NCBI RefSeq assembly: GCF_001194135.2
Contig: NC_068989.1
Span: forward strand, 45,372,350-45,436,349
Length of the DNA stretch: 64,000 bases
Source: Octopus bimaculoides
Taxonomy: Eukaryota
Direction of reading: 5' to 3'
Shown: positions 12,720 through 25,760 of the stretch, one piece after another
Layout of the letters: every line of letters starts with the position of its first letter
Position numbering within the stretch: the first letter of the stretch is position 1
The notes under the pieces: model-generated
Told to the model about the DNA's origin: nothing
The model's database searches: none
The model's input: the letters and a program-made list of their open reading frames with translations, nothing else
Translations under genes and position numbers: made by a program

Positions 12720-13700
12720 ACTTGCATTAGATCTCTTGTGAATCTCATGATAGTAGAAATTGCTATGGAGCGAGCGAAGAGTTGTACTGTACTCTATCGT
12801 GACATAGGGCAAAATATTTGGCAGGTGGAAAGAGCAACCCATGCTATCATACAAAAGTGCTTCAATTTCGTTGAAAATCAAAAAGTTTTCATCAATCATC
12901 GCAGAAACTACAATACGGCCAATGCCAGTTTGCTGAGAAGAAATCCTTCTATAAACTCGAAAAGGAAGAATTGAACCTGAAACGCTTATATTGTTGCCCT
13001 GCATGGGTAATGCATCACCAGCCTGAATCACTTGTCAAATGTGAGGTTTGTATGTGGCAGTAGAAGACCGGAGAGCAAGGTGTCATATGAATGGCGTTAC
13101 TACACACCTAAGGACTGTCTTTCCACAACAATGTGGAAATAAAAGAAGCCCTCACTACTGTCAGCTCTACAACCAGATAAACGAGAACAACAAAAACGCT
13201 ACGAAACCACATAAACAACGCACAAGCACAACGACAAGCAACAACAACTACAACAAAACAGCAAAAGCAGGAGAAGTAATTACTTCAGCAGATGTTGAAT
13301 TAACAGCAGCAGAAGCAGCGTTAACAGAAACAGAAACACCATCAAAAAGAGCGACAGAACCCTCAGGACGAGAACAACAAGATCGTCCATATATGAACAA
13401 TAGAATCCTCCAAATAATACAAAACCACGCGGAATAGATATCTAAGCTTCAGGTCACAGAAATGTTCTGTAATGAAGGCGACAAAGATATAAAAATGGAG
13501 TACGGTCACCGCAAGAAGGAACAAAAAAGGAGAAGGGTCCAGAACAAATTGGTGGATACATGTATATACAGGGTTCTAAATCTATTGTATAACAAAGGAT
13601 ATGAATCTGGAATAGTCATCTCGCAGATACAGGCCTGGTTAAAATTTTCGTAGACGACTATCTGTTGTCCTTCACCGCATTTGAATATGCTCCAATGCAT
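12720..13700 (+). mobile_element. Possible highly decayed Penelope-like element relic
   Basis: The ORF at 12738-12974 ends ...SLLRRNPSINSK, which resembles a GIY-YIG C-terminus. A broken frame near 13630 reads KIFVDDYL, which resembles the RT YxDD motif. Weak similarity only. Confidence 0.25.
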
Positions 13701-14196
13701 TATACTCTACACTTGAGCAGAATGCGATCTGGAATAAATTGAACTTTAACTATTTTCATCATAAAATCAGTAATACAATTCCATCGCCTATGTCTCCCCA
13801 ACACTTTTGCTTAATGCTAGGCAGCAACATTTTCGCATTATATGCGAGTTAGTATAGTAATAGTGGACTGTCTCTGCAATCAATATCTAATAATTTACAA
13901 ACATCTGCAACTCCCAAAATTGATAAACAAAGAAATTGTCTACACCTGCAATTTGTTTTTCATATTTTTAGATTAATATATACATATCTAATACGTAAAA
14001 TATAATTCTGGAGAATATAAGCAAATAAATAATGCTTACAAATAACGGTATATGCTCAATTCTATCGGCAAATGTGTGTGTGTGAGTGTGTATGTGTGGG
14101 TATACATACAGATATCTGCGTGTGTGTATGTGTATGCATATGTATGTATGTACGTATGTATAACCACATACAAACTCATGTATTTATACGTATCTA

Positions 14197-14400
14197 TTCT
14201 TTTATTCTTTTATTTGTTTCCGTCATATGACTGCGGCTATGCTGGAGCACCGCCTTTAGTCGAGCAAATCGCCCCCCAGGACTTATTCTTTGTAAGCCTA
14301 GTACTTATTCTATCGGTCTTTTTTTCCGAACAGTTAAGTTACGGGGACGTAAAGACACCAGCATCGTTTGTCAAGCGATGTTGGGGGTGGGACAAACACA

Positions 14401-14443
<43 letters not shown>

Positions 14444-14703
14444 TTAGAGAATGGAGTAAACGCATGTTACAACTGCATACTTTTATTCCGACATATGTTT
14501 CGAATTATTTTTAATACGAAAAAATATAATTATATATATATACGACGGGCTTCTTTCAGTTTCGTCTACCAAATCCACTCACAAGGTCTTGGTCGGGCCG
14601 AGGCTATAGTAGAAGACACTTGCCCAAGGTGTCACACTGTGGGACTGAACCCGGAATGTGGTTGGTAATTAAGCTATTTATCACGCAGTAACTAGTGCGT
14701 CTA
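14197..14703 (-). mobile_element. SINE family A (tRNA-like head, internal microsatellite, RTE-like tail)
   Basis: Tail module ...GACTGCGGCTATGCTGGAGCACCGCC... at 14197-14395, then (TA)n, then the head module ACGACGGGCTTCTTTCAG...GGGACTGAACCCGG at 14541-14703. Confidence 0.85.
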
Positions 14704-14707
14704 TGTG

Positions 14708-14738
<31 letters not shown>

Positions 14739-14782
14739 CTGTGTGTCTATATATTTTTGTCTTTATGACTATGTTGTATGTT

Positions 14783-14975
14783 TCCTTCATCACCTCGACA
14801 GTCAGTGATGGTTTGTTTACGTCACCGTTATCGAGCATTTTGGCAAAAGAAAACCAACAGAATAAGTATCACGCTTAAACATAAGTATTGGATTCGATTT
14901 GTTCGACATGTACCCTTCGACATGTGCCCTAACATGGCCGGAGTCCGAAGACATTAACAAGTAAAATGTAAAAGA
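14783..14975 (+). mobile_element. SINE family A tail module
   Basis: TTTGTTTACGTCACCG...GGCAAAAGAAAACCAACAGAATAAGTA...AACATGGCCGGAGTC...ACAAGTAAAA. Confidence 0.7.
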
Positions 14976-15394
14976 TGTATGTGTGTGTGTGTGTGTCTGT
15001 TTGTGTAAATGCCCGTGCGAACACACACACACACACACACACATACATACACACACAAGCCTCTCTCTCCTAGCTTTCTCTTAATTATCTCCGTTCCTTT
15101 TCAATCTCACCTTGTCAAACATGATCAAATAAACACCAACCACAGAAGGGCAATTTGCTACCTTTTGCAAACAGAGGAGTCCCAATTCTAGGCGTCAATC
15201 TAAAAACAAATTTGAACCCTCCTACATACATTGTAGATATTAAGGAAACTAAGATACTCTTCGGTTGAGAACACTTGTTCAAGGAAACCTAAAAGATAGG
15301 ACAACTAATAAACACGATGAATATCATGTTAGATTTAATCCAAAGACAGAGTTCCAAATATTTTAGGAATGATTATAAGGACATACATCATTGG

Positions 15395-15502
15395 TCTCAA
15401 GCTTTGGCACAAGGTCAGCAATTTCGGGGGTTGGTAAGTCGATCACATGGACCCCAGTGTTCAACTGGTATTTATTCTGTCGACCTCGAAAGGATGAGAG
15501 GC
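15395..15502 (-). mobile_element. SINE family B 3' fragment
   Basis: GGCACAAGGTCAGCAATTTCGGGG...GACCCCAGTGTTCAACTGGTA...GTCGACCTCGAAAGGATGA. Confidence 0.75.
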
Positions 15503-16100
15503 TGTTATGTCTCAAGCTACTGCTATCTTGCACCTTCGGATGATCTCTACACGACGGTTACTCAACAGTCAGTCCACTGTCAGTCGACTCCTACCACGGT
15601 CAGACTACATCTATTTATGTCTTAGTCGATCTTACTTCTTCGCTTGGGGGCGTCGACACAGCAGAGGCAAAGACAACCTCGGTGGAATAAAAACGTGTAA
15701 TATTAATGGTTAATCTTTAAATACGTGCTTAAAATGTGATAATTTCTTTTTCATATTTGAAATATTCCGCAACTATCCATAACTAAAATCTAAGTGGATC
15801 TGAAAGATTATAAGTTTTGAAATCAACTGATGTGATTGTAAAAGATCGCGTTTACTTGGGGGAAATAATGATTATATTTAGAATCCACCATATAAAGAGC
15901 AACAGTAAAAATATTTTTTCCACGGCAATAATTCATATATTTATTCATTTTCTTACTAAATGTCTTTTTATAGAAAATATCTAGCAATGACTACAGGGAA
16001 ACTAATGTAAGTTGCTAAAAAAACATCAGCAAAGTCTAAATTAGCAATACATCGAAGTTGAGGGATTTGAAAACGGAAACGCTACAGGATATGTTAACAT

Positions 16101-16477
16101 ATTCTTTTATTCTTTAATTTGTTTCAGTCATTTGACTGCGGCCATGCTGGAGCACCGCATTTAGTCGAACAAATCGACCACAGAGCTTATTCTTTGTGAG
16201 CCTAGTACTTATTCTAGTAGTCACTTTTGCCGAACCGCTAAGTTACATGGACGTAGACACACTAACATCGGTTTCAAGCGATGGTTGGGCAAAAACATAC
16301 ACGTACACATATACGATGGGCTTCTTTCAGTTTCCATCTACCAAATCCACTCATAAGCCTGAGGTAGGGCCGAAGTTATATTAGAAGACGTTTGACCATG
16401 GTGCAACGCAATGAGACTGAACCCGGAACTATGTGGTTGATAAACAAGCTACTTACCACACAGCCACTCCTGCGTCT
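16101..16477 (-). mobile_element. SINE family A, near full length
   Basis: The minus strand starts AGACGCAGGAGTGGCTGTGTGGTAAG (A box TGGCTGTGTGG) with B box GGTTCAGTC, and ends ...GTCAAATGACTGAAACAAATTAAAGAATAAAAGAA. Confidence 0.9.
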
Positions 16478-17322
16478 ATGAAGACAAATGCGTAAACAAA
16501 ATTTTGAGTCATAGCATAGCACTTGTTAAGTAGAAGATTCAGTGATGGAAATCTTTGTAAGTCCTTTCGACCCACAAAATATTGCGGCCCTAAATTCCTC
16601 AAAGCACACCCTACTGTCTTGGTTAACAGAAAATGTTACAGGTTCTATGCCAGGAAGTTTTCAAAGGAAGGGCACAAGGTCAGAAGGGAATACAATTCCT
16701 GGAGAAAAGGGTGTAATAACATTCAGAAAGGCGTACTTCTTTTCTTGAGGGCGGCACGTGCCCCTCAAAAACCCTCGCCCCACCGTGCGTCCGCCCCTGT
16801 GTTACATTCAATGCGTCTGTGGCTCAAAAAAGAGATAAGATGATTTTGGACATATTTTGACAAAGAAACCACTGGCTATACGTCAGTTAAAACGTTCAGC
16901 ATGAATGCTTTTAAAACATATAACACACAAGGTATTTAAGACATACGAAACTTGCCTGGGTTATTCAGTAAATTTATGCAATATGTAATAACGAATTTAA
17001 AAAAATACAATTTGAAGTTATTTATATCTGTCACGGAGGTGTTGAAAATATAACGTTATGAGGAAAATAAAATAGACTGACGCATGACAGTGGACTGAAA
17101 AACAATAACTCACAAATTGTGTCAAATATCGATTAATGATATCATGAAAATGATAAATATACACACACACAAACAAAAGCACACACATTATGCAAACAGA
17201 CACTAAAAATTACACGCGAGCGATGACACGTGCACACACATATGATATCCACTTTCCTCTCTCTGTCTTTCTGTCTCTCTCTCTCTCTCCCTTTCTCTCC
17301 CCATTCTCTCTCTCTCTCTCTG

Positions 17323-17370
<48 letters not shown>

Positions 17371-17574
17371 CATAGGCAGAGTGATAGATAGATAGTAAGC
17401 AAAGTAGTTAGCTCTAAGACCTTTATACAAGATGCAAGTAGTAACTCCTCCACTGCATAGCAATGGTTGTCACCACCTCAGAGTAATTGTTCCGCGCAGA
17501 ACACCTGTTAATATTCTTTTTAACCCCAGGAGGATATCGCCTCCAGTTGGTTAACAACACACAAGACACATGAT

Positions 17575-17720
17575 TCCGGGTTCATGTGGTACCAAGCACA
17601 TGGTTCTGGGTTCAGTCCCACTGCGTGACACCTTGGGCAAGTGTCTTAGACTGTGTAGCCTTGGGCTGACTGAAGCCGTGTGAGTAAATCTAGTAGATGG
17701 AAACTGAAAGAAGCCCGTCT
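17575..17720 (+). mobile_element. SINE family A head module
   Basis: GGTTCAGTCCCACTGCGTGACACCTTGGGCAAGTGTCTT...GGAAACTGAAAGAAGCCCGT. Confidence 0.8.
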
Positions 17721-17990
17721 TACTCTCTCTTTCCTTTCCTGAGCGTCCAATAATACTATCCATATCACGTCCTCACTTTGTTGTTTCTTTGTTTTTTTAT
17801 TGTTTTTTTAACTGTATATATATATATATATATNNNNNNNNNNNNNNNNNNNNNNNNNNNNNNNNNNNNNNNNNNNNNNNNNNNNNNNNNNNNNNNNNNN
17901 NNNNNNNNNNNNNNNNNNNNNNNNNNNNNNNNNNNNNNNNNNNNNNNNNNNNNNNNNNNNNNNNNNNNNNNNNNNNNNNNNNNNNNNNNT

Positions 17991-18080
17991 AGGATAAGTA
18001 CGAGGCTTATGTTCTGCTGAAGGCGATGCTCCAGTAGAGCCGTAGTCAAATGACTGAGACAAAAAATAATAAAATAAAAG
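17991..18080 (+). mobile_element. SINE family A tail fragment
   Basis: AAGGCGATGCTCCAGTAGAGCCGTAGTCAAATGACTGAGACA. Confidence 0.65.
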
Positions 18081-18081
18081 A

Positions 18082-18118
<37 letters not shown>

Positions 18119-18231
18119 GTAAAAGAATACAAAAAATGGGACAAGACATCCAGGCACTTGGATGATTTAAAAGGGGACATAAAAAAACAAGGACGTGTCA
18201 TTCGGTGTTTTCTTTCGTCACTCGATTTCCA

Positions 18232-18330
18232 GATTATTTTTGCTGTTTCGCCTGGTTAAACTCGAGACTGCTCCAATCTGGCCAGCCCCAAAGAAAATCT
18301 AAGCTAAGAACACTAGATTCCTTGGAAGAA
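18232..18330. repeat. Unclassified interspersed repeat (second copy inverted at about 29385-29490)
   Basis: CTCGAGACTGCTCCAATCTGGCCAGCCCCAAAGAAAATCTAAGCTAAGAACACTAGATTCCTTGGAAGAAAG matches the reverse complement of 29395-29470. Confidence 0.75.
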
Positions 18331-19554
18331 AGGAAGGAAAAAAACGGGGAAATGGTACACAAATACAGAAGTAAACAACAGGACATTAACAACAGGTGTC
18401 TTTCGACTAGGGACGAATCAAATTAAGCTGGCGTGTGTGGAAGCGAAGCCTTATAGTAGGGACATATGAGATAACAGGCATGGGAAGGAATATAGATGTT
18501 GCACAGATATACTTATATAGGCAGGATTAAACATTAACATTTTTAATTAAACTACAGCAAAGAAACACATCTACACTTTGCACGAAAACAGTATCGGTAA
18601 ATTGATTCTATAAGTAAACCTATAACTAACTCCTAAATTATCTAACTAAATAGCAACCTAGCACTTGAATTCCATGCAGATAATATTCCCACCAGTCTTC
18701 TATAGTTATTCATACAAAAGTGAAAGCTTTTATATTCTATTCTCTCCAAAACAAAACAAATTCGATTGAACCTCACTTCACTAATAACACAACTAACTCT
18801 GAGTGAATTATACTATTTCTTAACCCAAAAGTTAATAATTAAAACGCTTCATACACATTAAATATTCGTTATTCTTACATGCTTTAATGTCAAACTTATA
18901 GCAGTAAATTAATAAATAATACTAAATATCGTTATTAAATCAAAAACTAATAAAAGATTACCTGTAATTAATACACACGCACACACGCACACACACACGC
19001 ACACACACGCACACGCACACGCACACACGCACACACACACACTTATATATCTATATAAGCCTTTATTCACAAAAAAACTCTTCTTCATAAGGAAGTTTCC
19101 TTTTGTAGTATTATGTTATCGAAGCGGGCACCACTTTTGTGCTATTATCGATTGATGATACTGGATATTATTCACGCGTTTATGTACTAATGTTCTTGGT
19201 TGGTTTGTTTTACCATTTTATTATGATACTTTTCCCTTCTGAAAGTCCAGTTGTCTCTATAGAGACTTCATTCTTTTCCATATAGGAGAAAAACATTAAT
19301 AGTTTAAAGAAAATAGAGAATATAGACAGAATAATCATTCTTTAATCGTAGTGCAGTCAATTATTAAGTTCTGACAAATAAAACATCCAACACACAATTA
19401 ATCAAAAAGCCTACCACTTAGTCAGAATAAATTTTCCATACGAGAGAAGTGGAAAAAATAGCAGCCAATACACCCAGAAGAGGCCATTGTTTTATAACAT
19501 CATAATGCACTTTAAAGTTGCAAATATGGACAATAACAATTGGCCGAAACGTAA

Positions 19555-19850
19555 CTGGTTCAGTGCCATAACGTCGCACCATGGGCAAGTGTCTTCTGTT
19601 ATAGCCTCAGGCTGACTGAGCCTTGTGAGTCGATTTGGTAGACGTAAACAGAAAGAAGCCCATGGCATATATATGCACCTCTTGACAACCGGTGTCGGTT
19701 TGTTTACAGCCTGGTGAACCAGCATTTACACTGCGTGTACCGATAAAATAAGTAACAGAGTATAAATAAATATAAAGTATTGGTGTCTATTGTTTCGACT
19801 AAAACTTTAAAGGCAGTTTCACAGCATGGATGTAGTCCAATGAGAAAGAA
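19555..19850 (+). mobile_element. SINE family A, old diverged copy
   Basis: ATGGGCAAGTGTCTTCTGTTATAGCC...GAAAGAAGCCC...CTTGACAACCGGTGTCGGTTTGTTTAC...CAGCATGGATGTAGTCCAATG. Confidence 0.75.
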
Positions 19851-20446
19851 GGAAAAGATTAGACACTCTGTGTGTGTGTGTGCGTGTGTGTGTTTGTGTG
19901 AGAGTGTGTTTTAACTAGTGTGTATGCGTGAATATAATGTTTATTTAGACTGAATTCATTATCGTACCTTAAACTTTGGACTAGGAAAATTCCAATAGAT
20001 TTGACACGGAGGAAGTAAGCCAAAGAGCAAGTAAGCAGCCAATAACTGAGCATTTCTGAGATAAACTCAGGAACAGAAGATCTGATTGTGATAGTAACAA
20101 CAACAATGCTTCGAAATCCTTTCCCCGTCCCACTGCCCAAGTAACTACCAACATTATGGGGATATTCTGCAATTAGTACGATAAAATAATTTGCCGCATC
20201 ATTTCCAACTCTTCAGTCGTTGCAAATCTGTGTATATCCTCAAACTTGATCGAAATGGTAATATCACAATACACCGATATTTGAACAAAAATTTTAAAAC
20301 TATAATTAGGCTTATATATGGCCTACGAAATAGCTCTGTTCGAGACAGCTCTCATCGCACCCTAGGCATTTTCACTTCAATAGCACAAATGGATGTCTAC
20401 ACACTTTTTACAATCCATGTATTATGTACAGCACGCAATCACTACA

Positions 20447-20630
20447 CTCTCTTTTACTTGTTTCAGTCATTTGACTGCGGCCATGCTGGAGAACCGCCTT
20501 TAGTCGAGCAAATCGACCCCTAGGACTTATTCTTTGGAAGCCTAGTACTTATTATATCGTTCTCTTTTGCCGAACCGCTAAGTTACGGGAACGTAAACAC
20601 ACCAGCATCGGTTGTCAAGCGATGTTGGGT

Positions 20631-20711
<81 letters not shown>

Positions 20712-20867
20712 TATATAAATATATACGACGGGCTTCTTTCAGTTTCCGTCTACCAAATCCACTCACAAGGCTTTGGTCGGCCCGATGCTATAGTAGAAGA
20801 CACTTGCTCAAGGTGTCACGCAGTGGGACTGAACCCAGAACCATGTCGTTGGTAAGCAAGCTACTTA
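20447..20867 (-). mobile_element. SINE family A with internal (CA)n of about 78 bp
   Basis: Both modules are present and close to consensus. Confidence 0.9.
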
Positions 20868-21450
20868 AAAAAATTAACGTAACATATGCTTTTAAATATC
20901 AACACTTGACACTTCCTAAACTCTAATAACTCGCACAACACTTATTCCACATAACCACCTCTAAATCCAAATAAGCACATATTCTGCATTATCATAATTC
21001 TTCACATCAGCATGTACAATTATTCTATTTGGGCAACTTTTCCGACTGTGAATGCGAAACTTCTGTATTTGCAGATATTTTATGTGATAACGGGGAATTC
21101 CGGAGGGTCGTAATAGGCCTTGATGTGACCCTCAGTATTCGCAATGCTGCTTTCAACACGGGAATATGTAGGCAGACCAAGCGGGGCAGGAGAAACTGAC
21201 TTTATTTTATAATGAATATAAACAGGTTAAACAGCTATTTTGTGCGTGAAGCAACGTCGCAACATGCGGCAACATGCGGCAACACTGGTTCTGAAGAGTC
21301 CATACAGCGACAGAGTAAAATGGTAAAATGACGGCATAAAACTTCATTGCTACAATGGGAAATCATTACTCTGCTTTACGAGTTTCCGCTTTTCGAACGA
21401 CCTCTTGGAACACATTAACTCATATATATCAATGTATATCTCTTTTTCCC

Positions 21451-21800
21451 TTTTTTACTCTTTTTACTTGTTTCAGTCATTTGACTGTGGCCATGCTGGA
21501 GCACCGCCTTTTAGTCGAGATAATCGACCCCAGGACTTATTGTTTGTAAGCCTAGTACTTATTCTATCAGTCTCTTTAGCCGAACCTTTAAGTTACGGGG
21601 ACGTAAATACACCAGCATCGGTTGTCAAGCGATGTTGGGGGGGACAAACACAGACACACACACATACATATATATATATGTACATATATACAACGGGCTT
21701 CTTTCAGTTTCCGTCAACCTGAGGCTATAGTAGAAGACCCTTGCCCAAGGTGCCACGCAGTGGGACTGAATCCGGAACCATATGGTTCGTAAGCAAGCTA
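21451..21800 (-). mobile_element. SINE family A with an internal deletion in the head module
   Basis: Tail module 21451-21650 and head module 21690-21800. Confidence 0.88.
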
Positions 21801-22808
21801 TATTTATATATGTATGTGTGAGTGTGTGCGTGTGTGTGTGAGGGACGAATGGAAAACTTTTGGGGCATTTTCCCGCCAAGTTGCGACATATTTTATTAGT
21901 CTGAAAATCTGCCGGGGTATTTAGAGCCAATGAAACGTGGGTGAGAAATGAATTTGACGAGCCACTGTTTATGGTAACGAATAACAGGGTTCATACATGG
22001 TGTGATTGGTGGGTTAGTGTGATATATAAAAATGGATCACAAGAGCTCGAAGGTGAGGCACACTGAAGGAAAGCTTGACAGATGGTTAGCTGGACCAGAT
22101 CAGGAAGTGAGATATAAAGAATGTCATGTTAATAGATGGGTAGCCAGGCCAGCTTGAGAATAATCACAATGAAAGCCTGATTGACAAAGGTGTGTGCGAA
22201 ATTAGATAGAGAGGTGAGTCATATGAGGGCAAGATTAAGTAGAGGACTGGATGAACTAAGTTGGGATATGAGGCACAATGACTGTTGATTGAGGAATGCA
22301 TAAAGCGGTTTAGGAAATGAGTCACAAGTACGGTCAGGTTGATAGAAAAGTTGGTAATGAAAGAATACAACTAGCTCGCTCAGATTAACAATGACCACTC
22401 ATAAAGTGACATTTGATGACAGAGCGTGTGTGTAAGCTGAAACTCGAAACGAGTTGGCGAGGGAGTCATTAGCAATGTGTGGTAGGTATATTTTGACGGG
22501 CTTTGAATATGTGTAAATGTGAGTGTGTGTGCGTGTGTTCATGCGCGTATGTGTGTTTGAGCGCACGTCTGTGTACGTGTATTTTCTGTGTAGCAGTAGT
22601 GTTATTTCCGTCATGATGCAAATATTTTGTTACCAACCTGTTAAAATTCCCAAACATTAGATATTATATACAAAACTACTTTGAATACCGAGAACGAAGC
22701 CAATAAAACTAAATACAGCTTCCCGAAATATTTCCAATAACGGATGCAGAAATCTACTTAAAACTGAAAATTCATCAAGCAATCACTATCGTAGTTACTA
22801 GAAATGTA

Positions 22809-22847
<39 letters not shown>

Positions 22848-22848
22848 C

Positions 22849-22879
<31 letters not shown>

Positions 22880-23677
22880 TCACACNNNNNNNNNNNNNNN
22901 NNNNNNNNNNNNNNNNNNNNNNNNNNNNNNNNNNNNNNNNNNNNNNNNNNNNNNNNNNNNNNNNNNNNNNNNNNNNNNNNNNNNNNNNNNNNNNNNNNNN
23001 NNNNNNNNNNNNNNNNNNNNNNNNNNNNNNNNNNNNNNNNNNNNNNNNNNNNNNNNNNNNNNNNNNNNNNNNNNNNNNNNNNNNNNNNNNNNNNNNNNNN
23101 NNNNNNNNNNNNNNNNNNNNNNNNNNNNNNNNNNNNNNNNNNNNNNNNNNNNNNNNNNNNNNNNNNNNNNNNNNNNNNNNNNNNNNNNNNNNNNNNNNNN
23201 NNNNNNNNNNNNNNNNNNNNNNNNNNNNNNNNNNNNNNNNNNNNNNNNNNNNNNNNNNNNNNNNNNNNNNNNNNNNNNNNNNNNNNNNNNNNNNNNNNNN
23301 NNNNNNNNNNNNNNNNNNNNNNNNNNNNNNNNNNNNNNNNNNNNNNNNNNNNNNNNNNNNNNNNNNNNNNNNNNNNNNNNNNNNNNNNNNNNNNNNNNNN
23401 NNNNNNNNNNNNNNNNNNNNNNNNNNNNNNNNNNNNNNNNNNNNNNNNNNNNNNNNNNNNNNNNNNNNNNNNNNNNNNNNNNNNNNNNNNNNNNNNNNNN
23501 NNNNNNNNNNNNNNNNNNNNNNNNNNNNNNNNNNNNNNNNNNNNNNNNNNNNNNNNNNNNNNNNNNNNNNNNNNNNNNNNNNNNNNNNNNNNNNNNNNNN
23601 NNNNNNNNNNNNNNNNNNNNNNNNNNNNNNNNACGTAGAGAGAAATACATACATATATACATACATGCATATATATA

Positions 23678-24942
23678 TTAGGTTGTCAAGAAAGTTCTTG
23701 CGGAATTTTAAATTTTGGTTTTAAATTATGTATTTTCGAACTCTGTTTTCGTTAAATTACTTTGACTTTATATATCATTTTAAAGGACGCTTTTCGCTCT
23801 ATCTAATCGTGTTACATATTTTCTTTTTGAATAATTAAGCCATTTTTTCCTGAACGTTGAATACAACTTGGACAAAAAGCAAATTCGCACAGTTTTCTTA
23901 TTCCAGTTCAAGCTACGCCGAAAAGCTGCTGAAACAGCTCGCGATATCAACGATGTGTTTGACCCAGGAACCACTAATGATCGTACAGCACAATGATGGT
24001 TGAAAAAATTTCGTAACGGTGACGAGAGTCTTGAAGATTATAAGCGTATTGGTCGGCCATCGAATGTTGACAACAATCAACTAAGAGCCTTAGTCGAAGC
24101 CAATCCACGCACAGCTGTTCGAGAGCTTGCTTCTGAATTAGACGTAACGTATACGACAATTCCCAAACACTTGAAAAAGATTGGAAAAACAAAAATACTT
24201 AAGAAATGGGCGTATCACGAATTGAACGACAACCAAGAAAAAAAAAACACCGTTTTGAAGTGTCGTCTTCCCTTCTTTTACGCAACAAGAACGACCCGTT
24301 TCTCGAACGGATTGTGACTTGCGATGAGAAGTTGACTCTCAGTGGTTGGACGCCGACGAATCTCCATGGCACTTCCCGAAGTCAAAGCTGCACCAAAAGA
24401 AGGTCATGGTGACTGTTTGGTGATCTGCGGCCGGTCTCATCCATCACAGCTTTTTGGATCCAGGCGAAACTATTTCGGCGGAGAAGTACTGTCAGCAAAT
24501 AGATGAAATACATAAGAAACTCCGACAACAACAGCCAGCATTGGTCAATAGAAAAGGACCAATTCTTTTCCACGACAAGCTCGGCCACACATCGCATAAC
24601 TGACCCTGCAGAAGTTGAACGAATTGGGCTACGAAACGCTGCCTCATCCGCCATACTCACCAGACCTCTCGCCTACCGACTACCACTTTTTCAAGCATCT
24701 CGACAACTTCCTGCGTCTGAAATGCTTCAAAAACCAAGACGAAGCCAAACACACCTTCAACGACTTCCACGCCACCAGAACACAGGAATTTTACGCTACT
24801 GGCATAAATAAACTTGTTTCGCGTTGACAAAAGTGTGTTGATTCTGATGGTGTTTATTTCGATTAATAAAGTTTTGTTTGAGCCGACACATGTGCATCTG
24901 AATTTAAAGGTTAAAAACCGCAAGGACTTTCTCGACAACCTA

Positions 24943-24943
<1 letters not shown>
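23678..24943 (+). mobile_element. Near full-length mariner (DD34D, cecropia/Hsmar1-like) transposon, 1266 bp
   Basis: TIRs are TTAGGTTGTCAAGAAAGTTCTTGCG and CGCAAGGACTTTCTCGACAACCTAA. TA is present on both flanks, and a decayed transposase lies inside. Confidence 0.95.
23859..24866 (+). pseudogene. Mariner transposase pseudogene
   Basis: LDKKQIRTVFLFQFK..., HTH GRPS, WAYHEL (WVPHEL motif), RIVTCDEK, frameshifted HDNARPH and YSPDLSPTDYHFFKHLDNFL. It has stops, frameshifts and a short deletion after DEK. Confidence 0.93.
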
Positions 24944-25004
<61 letters not shown>

Positions 25005-25026
25005 AAGTGTGTGTGTATGTGTGTGT

Positions 25027-25083
<57 letters not shown>

Positions 25084-25552
25084 TTTGTCAACGTGCATAT
25101 CTGCATAGTAGATTAGTATCTCTTTACTTTTTCCATCTAACTGGCAGAGGTAGAACAGAATGTTTGTCTTGTTCCTGGAAGATGAGTGAAATTACAGTCA
25201 CGGTTTGTACATAACCTTTCGCGTAGGGAGGGACGGCATATTTTTTATTGCCTTTTGAACTTGTGATTGTTGTAGAGGGGAGTGGATCTTAAATAGTTTG
25301 AGATTTAGAATTGTTTCACTTTAATGGCAGTAGGATAGTGGGGACTGGAAAGGGGGAAAGGTGCAGTGGTTGATCTTGTACACTGGCCGAGATAGTAGTA
25401 GTAGCAATGGTACTTCAGTTTGTTAGTGGGATAGGGAGGAAGTAGGAGTGATTGGGATTGGTCACTGGCAAAGGTAGAATGGAATGTTTGAATAGTAGTA
25501 GTAGTAGTAGTAGGAGGAGGAGGAAGTGGAAGAGGAGGGGAGGAGGAGATAC

Positions 25553-25760
25553 ACAATGGGCTTCATTCAGTTTCCGTCGACCAGATCGCCAAATCCTCTC
25601 ACAAGGCTATGGTCGGCTCAAAGCTAAGGTCGGCCCAAAGCTATGGTCGGCCCAAGGCTATAGTAGAAGACATTATCCCAAGGTGTCACGCAGTGTGGGA
25701 TGGGACTGAATTCGGAACCATGTGGTAAGGAAGCAAGCTTCTTACTACACAGCCACGCAT
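25553..25760 (-). mobile_element. SINE family A head module with an internal 18-bp triplication
   Basis: An AAGGCTATGGTCGGCTCA-like unit occurs three times at about 25613-25670 inside the head module. Confidence 0.8.

Noticed and set aside
16420-16477. tRNA-like sequences with A and B boxes (also 3900-3972, 33121-33200, 38611-38680)
   Set aside because: They are SINE heads. They have no complete cloverleaf and continue into SINE body sequence.
21960-22400. ATTGG plus TATATAAAA and two TGAGTCA sites suggesting a promoter or LTR
   Set aside because: Such short motifs are expected by chance, and there is no second LTR, PBS or associated exon.
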